Assembly: GCA_030704615.1 (NCBI GenBank)
Contig: CM060733.1
Coordinates: 15,438,001 to 15,502,000 of the forward strand
DNA length: 64,000 bases
From: Takakia lepidozioides
Taxonomy: Eukaryota > Plantae > Bryophyta
Reading direction: 5' to 3'
Below, one piece after another: positions 1 to 12,228 of the stretch (position 1 is the first letter of the stretch; every line of letters starts with the position of its first letter). The notes beneath the pieces are model-generated. The model was not told where the DNA came from and did no database searches. It worked only from the letters and a program-made list of their open reading frames with translations. Position numbers and translations under genes: made by a program.

Positions 1-150
1 AAGCAGATGCAATTCAGCATAGGCACTAGTGTGGTAAGGGTGGGATGTTTGTTAGAACAAATATAGGCTGTCATTGTCAGCTGCTAGCAGCAAGGCGAGG
101 GATGTATGCATGATTTGTGCAGAGGCAGGGATAGCTGAAGGAGCAAGGAT

Positions 151-2513
151 ATGTGGGTTCAGACTCATCCAAGAGGGCCGGATTTCAAGCACAAGAGTAC
201 CTATGATTCCCTGTGGATCAATAGCTACAAGAAACCTACATGGGTAGATGGTCAACTAGAAGCAGCAGCGGCAGCAACACAGTTGATAAAATCAGGCACC
301 TCGACCATGACCACAGCTTCTGAAAGAGGGCCAAGAGAGGGAGTCCACAATGCCTCTTCTGGGACTTCTCGACATGTGAAGATGCTTTGTGTGGCAGCCG
401 GACTGACTGAGGCTCTACAAACTTTAAACCAAGGAGGAGGCCTTTCAGCAGATTCAGACATGTATGTCTGTCTCTTGCATAAGTACATCAAGATGAAAGG
501 CCTGGAAGTTGGAAAACAGGTGCACGCTCACATGATCCAAAGTGGATTCAAGCCAAACGTTTTCCTACATAACACCCTTGTCAACATATATGTTAAGTGC
601 GGGAGCATCATGGATGCTCACCAAGTGTTCAACAGGATGCCTCAACGATCTCTGTTCACGTGGAATATAATGTTGGCATGATTTACCAAGCATGGGTGTG
701 GTACAAATGCTTTGGAGACCTATGACCAAATGATGCGGGAAGGGGTGAAGCCCGACCACATCACGTTTGTTTGCGTTTGCAATGCGTGTGCGAGCCTGCC
801 AGATTTGGACGCAAAGAGGTCCATGGTGACATCGTCAAAGCTGGAATTGTACCATATGTCATTCTGAACAATACCCTCGTGGACATGTATTCCAAATGTG
901 GGTGCATTGAGGATGCAAAGGGAGTTTTCGACGATATGGCTGAACGAAATGTGGTATCGTGGAGTGCGATGATTGCAGGATATGCACAGCAGGGGTGCGA
1001 GATAGATGCTTTGGAGACCTATGAGCAAATGTTGCGGGAAGGGGTGAAGCCCAATCAGATCACGTTTGTTTGCGTTTGCAATGCGTGTGCGAGCGTGGCA
1101 GCCCTGGAGAAGGGCAAAGAGGTCCATGGTGACATCGTCAAAGCTGGAATTGTACCAGATGTTATTCTGAATAGTACCCTCGTGGACATGTATGCCAAAT
1201 GTGGGTGCATCAAGGATGCAAAGGCAGTGTTTGACATTATGGCTGAACGTGATGTGGTATCGTGGAGCGCGATGATCGCGGGATATGCACAGCAGGGGCG
1301 CGGGATGGAGGCTTTGGAGACATATGAGCAAATGATGGAGGAAGGGGTGAAGCCCAACCAGATCACATTTGTTTGTGTTTGCAATGCGTGTGCGAGCCTG
1401 GCGGCCCTGGAAAAGGGCGAAGAGGTCCATGGTGATATCGTCAAAGCTGGAATTGTACCAGATGTCATTCTAAACACTGCCCTTGTGGACATGTATGCCA
1501 AATGCGAAGGGAGTGTTCAACAATATGGCCGAACGAGGTGTGGTGTCCTGGAACGGTATGATCGCAGGATATGCCCAGCATGGTTTTCATAGGGAAGCCC
1601 TGCAACTGTTTGAAGGAATGCAAATGGAAGGCTTGAAGCCAGACGGTATCACCTTTATTTGTGTTCTCTCCGCGTGTAGCCACGTTGGCCTACTGGATGA
1701 AGGATTATGCTACTTCGGTTCCCTGAGTCAAGCTCATGGTGGCACTCCAACAATAAAACACTTTGGCTGCATGGTGGACCTTCTTGGACGTGCTGGGCGA
1801 TCAAACGAGGCAAAAGATATTATTGATAAAATGCCAATGAAGCCAAATGTTGTGGTTTGGAAGGCCTTGCTTGGTGCCTGCAGAATCCATGGCAATGTGG
1901 AGATGGCTGAACACGCGGCCACATCTATTCTCAAGTGGGATGAACAGGATGCCGCAACTTATGTGTTGCTATCAAACATCTATGCCGCAGCTGGCAGGTG
2001 GGATGATAGTGCGAAGCTGAGAAAAATGATGAAGGTCAAAGGAGTTAGAAAGGAGCCAGGTCGCTGCTGCATTGAGGTTGACAACAGAATGTACTCATAA
2101 GACGTTTGCCATAGCCTTGTGGCTAGGTTGACAACAGAGTGCACACCTTTGTCGTAGATGACAAATTGCATCCCAACATTAAGGAAATCCATGCTGAGCT
2201 GAGAAGATTGTCTGGGCAGGTGAAGGAGGTAGGGTATGTGCTTGACACACGCTTTGTATTCCATGATGTGGGGGAGGAGCAAAAGGAATTTTCTCTTTGC
2301 CACCACAGTGAGAAGCTGGCCATTGGTTTTGGGCTGATCAGCACACCCCCTAGGACGCCTCTCCGTCTCATCAAGAATCTTTGGGTGTGTGGTGACTGCC
2401 ACACCTCCACCAAATTCATCTCAAAGATTGTTGGCCGATCAATTGTTGTACGGGATGTTAACCGCTTTCACCACTTTGAAGATGGGGTTTGTTCTTGTGG
2501 GGATTACTTGTGA
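151..2513 (+). pseudogene. PLS-class PPR-E-DYW pseudogene with an N-terminal OSB-type PDF half-motif (THPRGPDFKHKSTYDSLWINSYKKPTWVDGQL)
   Basis: ORF pieces 151-681, 771-1592, 1483-2100 and 2139-2513 give L,S, 3x(P-L-S), P2-L2-S2, E1/E2, a PG box, HSEKLA and CGDCH, ending in DYL. Lesions: TGA at 679-681, frameshifting deletions near 800-815 and ~1505, and a 50-nt insertion at 2089-2138. Confidence 0.93.
2075..2138 (-). mobile_element. 36-bp tailless retroposon fragment with a 14-bp target-site duplication, inserted in the DYW coding region
   Basis: AGGTTGACAACAGA at 2075-2088 and 2125-2138 flanks an insert whose reverse complement (AGCCACAAGGCTATGGCAAACGTCTTATGAGTACAT) recurs at 54775-54816, 54843-54874, ~55973-56010 and ~57315-57353. 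Confidence 0.85.
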
Positions 2514-3249
2514 AAAGATATTTCTCTGGAAAGGTGGGAATGTCTTGCTTCATTCATTGATCTGTGTAGCTACTCAGTTCATCCACCATTTTCCGAGAAC
2601 ATTGACTATAATTGCACTTGGACTGAAGGAAGGGAGGGGTTCTGACTAACTCTGGTGATAGCGGAAGGAAATCCGAGTGTTGTCCCAATTCTGGTGTGGG
2701 TGGTGGAGCTTCTCCAAAGCTTGAAGATGGAAGTGCATACCATTTGTAATGAGCTTGATTCGAGGGGCAGCCCAGTGCTCAAGTTTGTTCAGCATCTTCA
2801 ATCTGGACATGTTGTATGTTTCTCGCAGTGCTGCTTCAGAAACAATCAGTGAGAGTGTCCATGAAGGTGCTGTCATGATCAGCAATATTTGATTTACCAC
2901 CATCGGCAACACTGATTCTGTGTTGCTGCTTGGTTCACAGACAGATCAATGTAGGTGTATGCAATGACAAGTTCCACCAACATTAACCTAAACTAAGTCT
3001 TGGGGATCCATATTGCTGATGTCCATGTGTTCCCTTCCGCTGCAGCATGGACAATAATTGTGATGTGAGAGCATTTTGTCACTACATGCAGCCCTCACAG
3101 CCAAAGGAGGAGCAGTCAAAAAGTATATCTTCCTTCTTGTTATTCACATATGCCTTACTTTGATGTAATATTATCAATACTAATTGGACCGACATGAGCT
3201 TCTCCAAAAAGCTTTTGAGTCCAAATTTGAGAGATCGCTCATTGGTCCC

Positions 3250-4320
3250 CGAAGCCTTCATCCCGCGCCCTTGCTGTGCGTATCCTGCGGTCATCGTGTT
3301 CCACGACAACATCTCATTCAGCCATTTTGTCCACCACTCCCTTTGCATCTTCAATGCTCCCACATTTGGCATACATGTATACCAGGGCAGTGTTCAGAAT
3401 GACATCTGGTACAATTCCAACTCTGACGATGTCATCATGGACCTCTTTGCCCTTGCCCAGGGCTGCCAGGCTTAACATGCATTGCAATCGCAAACAAACG
3501 CGACGTGGTTGGGCTTCACCCCTTGCCACATCATTTGCTCATAGGTCTCCAAAGCCTCCATGACGCACCCCTGATGTGCATATCCTACGATCATCGGGTC
3601 CCCGACACCACATTTTGTTCAGTCATATTGTTGAACACTCCCTTCGCATCATCAATATTCCCACATTTGGCATACCTATCCAGTAAGGCAGTGTTGAAAA
3701 TGACTTCTGGTACAATTCCAGCTTTGACAATGTCACCATGGACCTCTTCACCCCTATTCTGGGGCTGCCAGGCTCACACACGCGTTGCAAATGCAAACAA
3801 ACGTGATCTGGTCGGACTTCACCCCTTCCCGCATCATTTGGTCATAGGTCTCCAAAGCCTCCATCCCGGCCCCTGCTGTGCATATCATCCGACCATCACG
3901 TTCCACAGCACCACATTTCGTTCAGCTATATTCGCAAATACTACCTTTGCATCCTCGAGGCTCCCACACGTGGCATAAAAGTGCACTAGGGCAGTCTCAG
4001 TAAGACATCTGGTACAGTTTCACCTTTGACCATGCCACCATGGACCTCTTTGCCCTCTTCCAGGGCTGCCAGACATTGCATACGCATTGCAAACACAAAC
4101 AAATGTGATGGTGGTTGGGTTTCACACCTTCCCGGATCATTTGCTCATAGGTCTCCAAAGCCTCCATCCCATGCCCCTGCAATGCATATCCTGCAATCGT
4201 CACACTCCCTATACCACATTTCATTCAGCCATATTGTCGAACCCTGCCTTTGCATCCTCCATGCACCCACAATGGCATTCATGTCCACGACGATACAGTT
4301 CATAATGACCTCTGGTACAG
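3250..4320 (-). pseudogene. Degenerate PLS PPR array fragment (about 3.5 P-L-S units, no E/DYW)
   Basis: Frameshifted pieces such as GKEVHDDIVRVGIVPDVILNTALVYMYAKCGSIEDAKG and IAGYALQGHGMEALETYEQMIREGVKPN closely match the neighbouring PPR repeats. Confidence 0.88.
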
Positions 4321-4915
4321 ATATGACGACCAATGGGGAACACTTGTCCTGAGTGTAAGAGAATCCATAATCTCTGGTTCATACCATCCTCTTACTACGA
4401 TATCCTTGATATCCCTTGGAGTCAACGATTCACTGGAGTGACATGAAAAAGATGAAGAATAATTCCCCTTAGGCTCTTCCTCCTCGGAGATAGTTTGAGT
4501 CTTCCGGGAGAGAGGAGGAAAAATAAAAGCAAAAGCCAATAAATGTTTCAAAGCCACCTGACTCGCTATTTTCGGAGAGAGTTGAAGTTCCCAGATAAAA
4601 AATCCTTCAAAACCCCCATTCTCCCCTACCGGACTGGGTTTGAATCCCTAGATGATATAAGAGAGATATGCGTGGTGCCAATTGATGATCCTATTCTAAA
4701 ACAACCTTGCAAGGACTTTTGGTTCCTAAACTAATTGACATGGCTTGCAGGGACCTTTCCTAATTTTGCATAGCTCATGGTAAATCGCTCAATGTGAACT
4801 ACCACCTCGACTCGAATCCGGAAGGGTCTGAAAGCTCCTAAACATGCATCAACCACTACTTTACAACTCACCTTTTACCCCCTCACTGCTTCTGACTTTT
4901 CCCTCTTTCTTTTCC

Positions 4916-7466
4916 TTAAAATAGGGTGTGTTGAGTAGTTACCTCATGAGTCGTGCGGAACGCCCACAATGCTGAAATCAACTTGGTGTCCCAGTCCCGC
5001 TTGTGTTCCCGAATTGTTTCGGAAAGAATGTTGCATAGGGCACGCTCCACTTGCCCACTCGTTTGGGGGTGGTAAGGGGTAGCCTTACGGTGTTTGATGG
5101 AAAATACTACCATCATTTCTTCAATGACGTCGTTGATGAAATGAGATCCTCTGACGCTCACTATCTCTTTGGGGCAACTGAACCTAGAAATGATGTATTC
5201 ATAAATGAAAGAGACGGTGATCTGTGTGTTGGCCCTCTTAACCGCCTTGGCTTCAGCCCACTTGGTCAGGTACTCAGTGGCTACGATGATGTAGCGATTT
5301 TGTCAGTTTGATGCGGGAAGCACTTCCCCTACATAGTCGATCCCCCATTTTTCAAACGGAGCAAGTGGGAGTGTGGGAACTAACGACATTCCAAGCCAGT
5401 TATCCGTTTTGGCGTACCTTTGGCAAGAGTCGCATTCCCACGTGCATGTGCGCATCCTTGAACATGGAGGGCCAGTAGTAACCTACCCTTAATGCCTTCT
5501 GTACTGTGAGCCGCCCTGCAAAGTGTCCTCCGCACATGCTGTCATGGGCTGATTCTAAAATTTGGGGAACCTCCTCTGGGGTGACGCATCGCCTCAAGAG
5601 TCCATCCAATTCCCTTCTATAAAGTTGCCCTCCCACAAGAGCAAACTTCATGCTGCGCAATCGTAGCCTTCGTCGCGCATGTCGATTCAATCATTGGGGA
5701 AATTCCAGGGTGTTCAAATATTGAACAATGTGCTCATACCAAGGAGGAACTATCTCGATGGAGAACAAGAACGCATCCGGAAAATCATCATCAATGGGTT
5801 CGTCTCCTGTCTTTTCTGATAACCTAGAAAGGTGATCGGCCTGGGCATTAAGCCTTCCAGGCTTGTAGACTACCTTGTAGTCAAATTCTTGAAGCAGAAT
5901 GACCCACTTGGCTATTCTCTTGTCAGGTCGAGCTTGTTGATCAAGTACCGTAGCGCCATGTGATCAACAAAAAATGTAGATGGTGTCTCCAATAAGTAAT
6001 GCCAATATTTTTTTACGGCAAAAATCATTCCCAACGCTTCTTGTTCCGTGGTGCTGTACCGAGTTTCGACGAATGTCAGCTGCCGACTGGCAAACAATAT
6101 CGGATGATCATGGCCATCAGCATCTGGTTGACAGAATGCACATCCTACTACCACTGCTGAAGCATCAACGTATACGTGAAAAGACATGTTCCAGCCAAGA
6201 CTGGTGCGGATACCAGACGTTGCTCGAGTATCTTAAAGGACTCTTGACATCCTGAGTCCTAGGAAAATACATGGTTTTGCTTTCGCAGTCGAGTCAGAGG
6301 CAAGGCCTCTACTGCATACTTATCCATGGTTTCCTATATCACCCTGTGTGGCCCAGGAATCACTTCCCCTTAGAAGAAGTCTCTGGTGCGGGAAGCTCGA
6401 CAATGGCGCTCGCCTTTGCTGGGTCTGTCGCCACGCCATCTTTGGACACTATGTGTCCCAATAACAATCCATGTGTAACTGCAAACACGCACTTCATTGG
6501 GTTGAGAGAGATCCCATTCTCCCTGCACCGAATGAAGCACTCCTGTAATGCTGCAACGTGATCCTTTGCATCCCCATTGCAACAAAAGTCATCTAAAAAG
6601 ATGACCAAATTCCTTCTCACGATGTCCGAGAAGGCATACGTCATGACCCTTTGAAATGTCAGGATTGCATAGCACAAACCAAATGGCATCTTTGTGTAGG
6701 CAAATGTTCCCCATGGTGAAGTAAATGTGGTCTTCAACATATCTTTTGGGTCAATCAACACTTGATTGTACCCTGAAAATCCATCCATGAAAGAGTAGAG
6801 CTCCTTCCCTGCTACTTCTTCCACCAAGGTATCTATGAATGACAAGGAAAAATGATCCTTGTGAGTTACCTTGTTAAGAGGGCGGAAGTCCACGCATACC
6901 CTTAGTCCTCCATTCTTCTTCCGGATAATGACCATTGGAGATACCCATGCTGATGTTTCCACTGGGAAGATGAATTCCGCCGCCAGCAGTTTTTCAATTT
7001 CTGCTAAGTTGGGATTCACCCTTCGCACTCGTTGTCGTCTTGGGGTAGCTCCTGGAATCAGGGGAATAGAATGCATTGCCACATAAGAAGGCACTCCCTT
7101 CAGTTCGGTGTAGGACCGTGCAAAGATGTCCCGAAATTCCTTGAATAGTGCCTGATACTCCAAAGCCTGCTCTAATGTCAAGTGAGCTCTCGCCTTCACC
7201 ATCTTTGGTGATTCTCCTCCGATCGCCATATCTACCAACTGTGTTGTGGGTTCTGTCGTGAAAGACAACCCAGGTTCAAACCGAGATCCGCTTGATCCCT
7301 GTTGCAAATATGGAATGTAGGGGGTGCTATGCCTCATGACGTTTTTTTCTAGATCGGCCTCCTCTACCATTCTCATGTCCATGATCTCGCCGTCCTCCTC
7401 CTGAGGATTCTCTTGCTCCTGCAGACCAACCTGTTCGGCGGATATGGAAAAGAGCTCAGTCAACAA
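4916..7466 (-). mobile_element. Degenerate Ty3/gypsy (non-chromovirus, Athila/Tat-like) pol fragment: RT, RNase H, integrase
   Basis: RT FMDGFSGYNQ...MPFGL...FLDDF (6360-7466); RNase H VYVDAS...YSTTEQEAL (5912-6187); integrase zinc finger HDSMCGGHFAG (5400-5690); core TPYHPQTSGQVER (4916-5161). The order RT-RH-INT is the gypsy order. Several frameshifts. Confidence 0.92.
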
Positions 7467-8766
7467 CTCCAGCTTTGGAAGCCTCGGTTGATATCGGGTG
7501 TACCATCACTTCCTTGCCTTGGTTTTCTCCGAACAACCAGGCAGTAAACAAATGTGCATACCTTCATGCAAGGATTGATGATACTGGACAATGCTGGTGT
7601 CCCTGGAAGTAGGTGCCGCACAAGGCAAAAACTCTCTTACGTATCCTCTTCAAGAAAAGTGAACCTTTTTCTCAATCTCTTGCTTCCACCAACTGTCCAA
7701 TATCACAAGTCCGAACCCCAAAACTTATGAAGCTCTTGTTCCATCATAGCGGTTGACTTAACATCATTAAAATCTCATGAAGCTAAGGGATATGTGAAAT
7801 AGATATAATTGCTCCTCTTGTGCCTTTGAGGGTATTGTCATCACAAGAACCAACTACTTACCACTTTCAAGCATTTCCGCCTTTTTTAATGTATATAATC
7901 TACACACACAGCGGCCTGCCACCTCGCAACCGCAGAAATACAAGGTACCCACCTGCGCCTTAAACTCGTTGGGTAAGGGTAGTCTGTTCCCAAATGAACC
8001 GTCAATGTATTAGCGTGAATAAAGTGCCACATTGTTAGGAATGGGAAAATATATGCTTGAGTAACATAACATCTATGAAATGTATCATAGCTGCTCCCAC
8101 TTCTGGTTTTGAACTGTAGGCAACTGTGTTCTCAAGTCGGTGGAGTAGGTGGACTCTGTCGAGCTCCAACATGCACAAACTGATATTATAGTGCGATGGA
8201 GTCTTGCAAATCCAATTTATGCTGCATCAATCAATAACAGAATACCAATACCAAATGTTACAATCAGTATGTGAACTTTCAAGTAGCCACCATGGAATTG
8301 GATCTTGGTGGGCCAAAGCTAGCTTTCGAGAACATTCATGCAAGTTGGTCAAGGGCTCTATCTGAAGTGGTACCACAAGAAACATACAAACATGAACTTA
8401 ATATGTGGAGTAAACATGCACAGGGCTAGTTCATTACGAATCGTATTCACTTCCATCCTCAAGCTTTGGAGAAGCTCCACCACCCACACCAGAATTAGGA
8501 AAGCACTCTGATTTCCTTCCACTATTACAAGATTCAGTCAAATTACCCCCTTTCACTAATTACCTGCTCCAGGTCAAGTGCAACTACGAGCTGACTTCCA
8601 CTCTATGCTGGGTAGACCCCAATATCATTTCCCATGGAAAAGCCACAGGAAATGCCCTAATCAATACATTATGGTCAACATTCTCAGGAAGTGGTGGATG
8701 AACTGAGTACCTACACAGATCAATGAATGAAGGAAGACACTCGCACTTTTCCAGAAAAACATCTTT

Positions 8767-11700
8767 TCACCAGTAATCCCCACAAGAACAAACCCCATCT
8801 TCAAAGTGGTGAAAGCGGTTGGCATCCCGGACAATAATTGCTCGGCCAGCAATCTTTGAGATGAATTTGGTGGAGCTGTGGCAGTCACCACACACCCGAA
8901 GATTCTTGATGAGACGGAGGGGCATCCTAGGGACTGTGCTAATCAACCCAAAACCAATGGCCAGCTTCTCACTGTGGTGGCACAGAGAAAATTCCTTTTG
9001 CTCCTCCCCCACATCATGCAATACGAAGCGTGTGTCGGGCACATAACCTGCCTCCATCATCTGCCCAGACAATCTTCTCAGCTCAGCATGGATTTCCTTA
9101 ATTTTGGGATGCAAGTGGTCATCTACAATAAAGGTGTGCACCCTGTTACCAACCTCAATGCAGCAGCGACCTGGCTCCTTTCTAACCCCCCTCACCTTCA
9201 TCATCTTTCTCACCTTTGCACTATCGTCCCACCTGCCAGCCGCCGCATAGATGTTTGATAACAACACATAAGTTGCGGCATCCTGTTCATCCCACTTGAG
9301 AAGAGACGTTGCCGCACGTTCAGCCATCTCCACATTGCCATGGATTCTGCAGGCACCAAGCAAGGCCTTCCACACCACAGCATCTGGTTTCATTGGCATT
9401 GAATTAATGAGGTCCTCTGCCTCATCCAATTGCCCCGCACGAGCAAGAAGGTCCACCATGCAGCCAAAGTGCTTTACTGTCAGAGTGACACCATGACCTT
9501 GACTCAGGGAATCAAAGTAGCGTCTTCCTTCATCAAGTAGGCCAGTGTGGCTGCATGCAGAGAGAACACATATACAGGCGATACTGTCCGGCTTCAAGCC
9601 TTCCTTTTGCATTCCCTCAAATAGTTGCAAGGCCTCCCTATGACAACCATGCTGGGCATATCCTGCGATCATTGCGTTCCACGACACCACATCTCGTTCA
9701 GCCATATTGTCAAAAACTCCCTTTGCATCCTCGATGCACCCACATTTGGCATACATGTCCACCAGGGTATTATTCAGAATGACATCTGGTACAATTCCAG
9801 TTTTGATGATGTCACCATGGACTTCTTTGCCCTTCTCCAGGGCTGCCAGGCTCGCACACACATTGCAAACGCAAACAAACGTGATGTGGTTGGGCTTCAA
9901 CCCTTCCTGCATCATTTGCTCATAGGTCTCCAAAGCCTCCATCCCACGCCCCTGCTGTGCATATCCTGCAATCATCGCACTCCAAGACACCACATCTCGT
10001 TCAGCCATATGGTGGAACAGTCCCTTTGCATCCTCAATGCTCCCACATTTGGCATACATGTTCATTAGAGCAGTGTTCAGAATGACATCTGGTACAATTC
10101 CAGCTTTGACGATGTCACCATGAACCTCTTTGCCCATTTCCAGGGCTGCCAGGCTTGCACACGCATTGCAAATGCTAACAAACGTGATGTGGTTGGGCTT
10201 CACCCCTTCCCGCATCATTTGCTCATAGGTCTCCAGAGCCTCCATCCCACGCCCCTGCTGTGCATATCCTGCAATCATCACGTTCCACGACACCACATCT
10301 CGTTCAGCCATATTGTCGAACACTCCCTTTGCATCCTCAACACTCCCACATTTGGCATACATGTCCACCAGGGTATTGTTCAGAATGACATCTGGTACGA
10401 TTCCAGCTACAACGATGCCACCATGGACCTCTTTGCCCTTTTCCAGGGCTGCCAGGCTTGCACATGCATTGCAAACGCAAACAAATGTGATGTGGTTGGG
10501 CTTCACCCCTTCTCGCATCATTTGCTCATAGGTCTCCAAAGCCTCCACCCTGCGCCCTTGCTGTGCATATCCTGCAATCATTGAGCTCCAAGACACCACA
10601 TCTCGTTCAGCCATATTGTCGAACACCCCCTTTGCATCCTCGATGGACCCACATTTGGCATACATGTCCACCAGGGTATTGTTCAGAATGACATCTGGTA
10701 CAATTCCAGCTTTGACGATGTCACCATGGACCTCTTTGCCCTTTTCCAGGGTTGCCAGGCTTGCACACGCATTGCAAACGCAAACAAATGTGACATGGTT
10801 GGGCTTCACCCCTGCCTGCATCATTTGCTCATAGGTCTCCAAAGCCTCCATCCCTCGGCCCTGCTGTGCATATCCAGCGATCATCGTGCTCCACGACACC
10901 ACATTTCGTTCAGACATTTTGTTGAACACTTCCTTTGCATCCTTGACGCACCCGCATTTGGCATACATGTCCACAAGGGTATTGTTCAGAATGACATCAG
11001 GTACTATTCCAGCTTTGACGATGTCATCATGGACCTCTTTGCCCTTTTCCAGGGCTGCCAGGCTCGCACATGCGTTGCAAACACAAACAAATGTGATGTG
11101 GTTGGGCTTCACCCCTTCCTGGATCATTTGCTCGTAAGTCTCCAAAGCCTCTATCCCTCGGCCATGCTGTGCATATCCAGCGATCATCGCGCTCCAGGAC
11201 ACCACATTTCGTTCAGCCATATTTTCAAACACTCCCTTTGCATCCTCGATGCACCCACATTTTGCATACATGTCCACGAGGGTACTGTTCAGAATGACAT
11301 CTGGTACAATTCCAGCTTTGACGATGTCACCATGGACCTCTTTCCCCTTTTCCAGGGCTGCCAGGCTCGCACAAGCATTGCATACACAAACAAACGTGAT
11401 GTGGTTGGGCTTCACCCCTTCCCACATCATTTGCTCATATGTCTCCAAAGCATTCCTACCACACCCATGCTTGGTAAATCCTGCCATCATTATATTCCAC
11501 GTGATCAAACATCGTTGGGGCATTCTGTTGAACACATGGTGAGCATCCACAATGCTCCCACACTTAACATACATGTTGACAAGGGTGTTGTGTAGAAAAA
11601 CATTTGGCTTGAATCCACTTTGGATAATGTGAGCGTGCACCTGCTTTCCAGCTTCCAGGCCTTTCATCTTGATGCACTTATGCAAGAGACAGACATAAGT

Positions 11701-11985
11701 ATCTGAATCTGCTGAAATGCTTCCTTGGTTTAGAGTCCGTAGAGCCTCTTTCAGTCGCCCTGCCTCACAGAGCATCCTCACATGCCCAGAAGTGCCAGAA
11801 GAGGCATTGTGGACTCCCTCTCTTGGTCGTCTTTGGGAAGCTGTGGTCCTGGTGGAGGTGCCTGATTTTATCAACTGTGCCGCTGCTTCGAGTTGACCAT
11901 CTACCCATGCAGGTTTCTTGTAGCTATCAATCCACAGGGCATCATAGGTAATCTTGTGCTTGACATCCGGCCCTCTTGGATGAAT
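8767..11985 (-). CDS. Intact PLS-class PPR-E-DYW protein (putative organellar C-to-U RNA editing factor), main exon. It begins with the second half of an OSB-type PDF motif.
   Basis: The frame is open from ~12006 to TGA at 8767: IHPRGPDVKHKITYDALWIDSYKKPAWVDGQL, linker, L,S, 6x(P-L-S), P2-L2-S2, E1, E2, PGRCCIE, HSEKLA, CGDCH, terminal DYW. The ORF-track start at 11874 is a TTG; the first ATG inside the exon is at 11775. Acceptor CAG ends at 11986. Confidence 0.95.
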   Translation of the reverse strand: MHPRGPDVKHKITYDALWIDSYKKPAWVDGQLEAAAQLIKSGTSTRTTASQRRPREGVHNASSGTSGHVRMLCEAGRLKEALRTLNQGSISADSDTYVCLLHKCIKMKGLEAGKQVHAHIIQSGFKPNVFLHNTLVNMYVKCGSIVDAHHVFNRMPQRCLITWNIMMAGFTKHGCGRNALETYEQMMWEGVKPNHITFVCVCNACASLAALEKGKEVHGDIVKAGIVPDVILNSTLVDMYAKCGCIEDAKGVFENMAERNVVSWSAMIAGYAQHGRGIEALETYEQMIQEGVKPNHITFVCVCNACASLAALEKGKEVHDDIVKAGIVPDVILNNTLVDMYAKCGCVKDAKEVFNKMSERNVVSWSTMIAGYAQQGRGMEALETYEQMMQAGVKPNHVTFVCVCNACASLATLEKGKEVHGDIVKAGIVPDVILNNTLVDMYAKCGSIEDAKGVFDNMAERDVVSWSSMIAGYAQQGRRVEALETYEQMMREGVKPNHITFVCVCNACASLAALEKGKEVHGGIVVAGIVPDVILNNTLVDMYAKCGSVEDAKGVFDNMAERDVVSWNVMIAGYAQQGRGMEALETYEQMMREGVKPNHITFVSICNACASLAALEMGKEVHGDIVKAGIVPDVILNTALMNMYAKCGSIEDAKGLFHHMAERDVVSWSAMIAGYAQQGRGMEALETYEQMMQEGLKPNHITFVCVCNVCASLAALEKGKEVHGDIIKTGIVPDVILNNTLVDMYAKCGCIEDAKGVFDNMAERDVVSWNAMIAGYAQHGCHREALQLFEGMQKEGLKPDSIACICVLSACSHTGLLDEGRRYFDSLSQGHGVTLTVKHFGCMVDLLARAGQLDEAEDLINSMPMKPDAVVWKALLGACRIHGNVEMAERAATSLLKWDEQDAATYVLLSNIYAAAGRWDDSAKVRKMMKVRGVRKEPGRCCIEVGNRVHTFIVDDHLHPKIKEIHAELRRLSGQMMEAGYVPDTRFVLHDVGEEQKEFSLCHHSEKLAIGFGLISTVPRMPLRLIKNLRVCGDCHSSTKFISKIAGRAIIVRDANRFHHFEDGVCSCGDYW
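9690..11510 (-). repeat. Six tandem 303-bp (101-aa) P-L-S repeat units, highly similar to one another
   Basis: Antisense ORFs recur at 9707, 10313 and 10616 (multiples of 303). The units are near-identical by eye. Confidence 0.95.
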
Positions 11986-12228
11986 CTGGACCCACTCTTC
12001 CTTCAGCTATCCCTGCCTCTACCAGTCACGTATAGATCCTTGTCTTGCTGCTAGCAGCCCACAATGACAGCCTCGATTTGTTCTAGCAAACACCCCAACC
12101 CTACTCATCACACACTCCTATGCTGAATTGCTCCCAACTTTATGGGGAGAGAGAGAATGACAATTTCCAGCAAAGCTTTGCATTGTATATTGTTGTCTGC
12201 TTCTCTCTGTCATCTAACAGGCATTCAC

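Noticed and set aside
8767-9180. U-to-C (DYW:KP/GRP) editor
   Set aside because: It has a PG box, HSEKLA and terminal DYW, not the KP-class signatures.
9690-11510. Regular repeat array as a possible CRISPR-like structure
   Set aside because: Contiguous 303-bp coding repeats with no unique spacers, in a eukaryotic context.
9625-11595. Long repetitive plus-strand ORFs (e.g. 289 aa at 10726-11595) and similar ones at 720-1501
   Set aside because: Antisense shadows of the PPR repeats, with no independent protein features.
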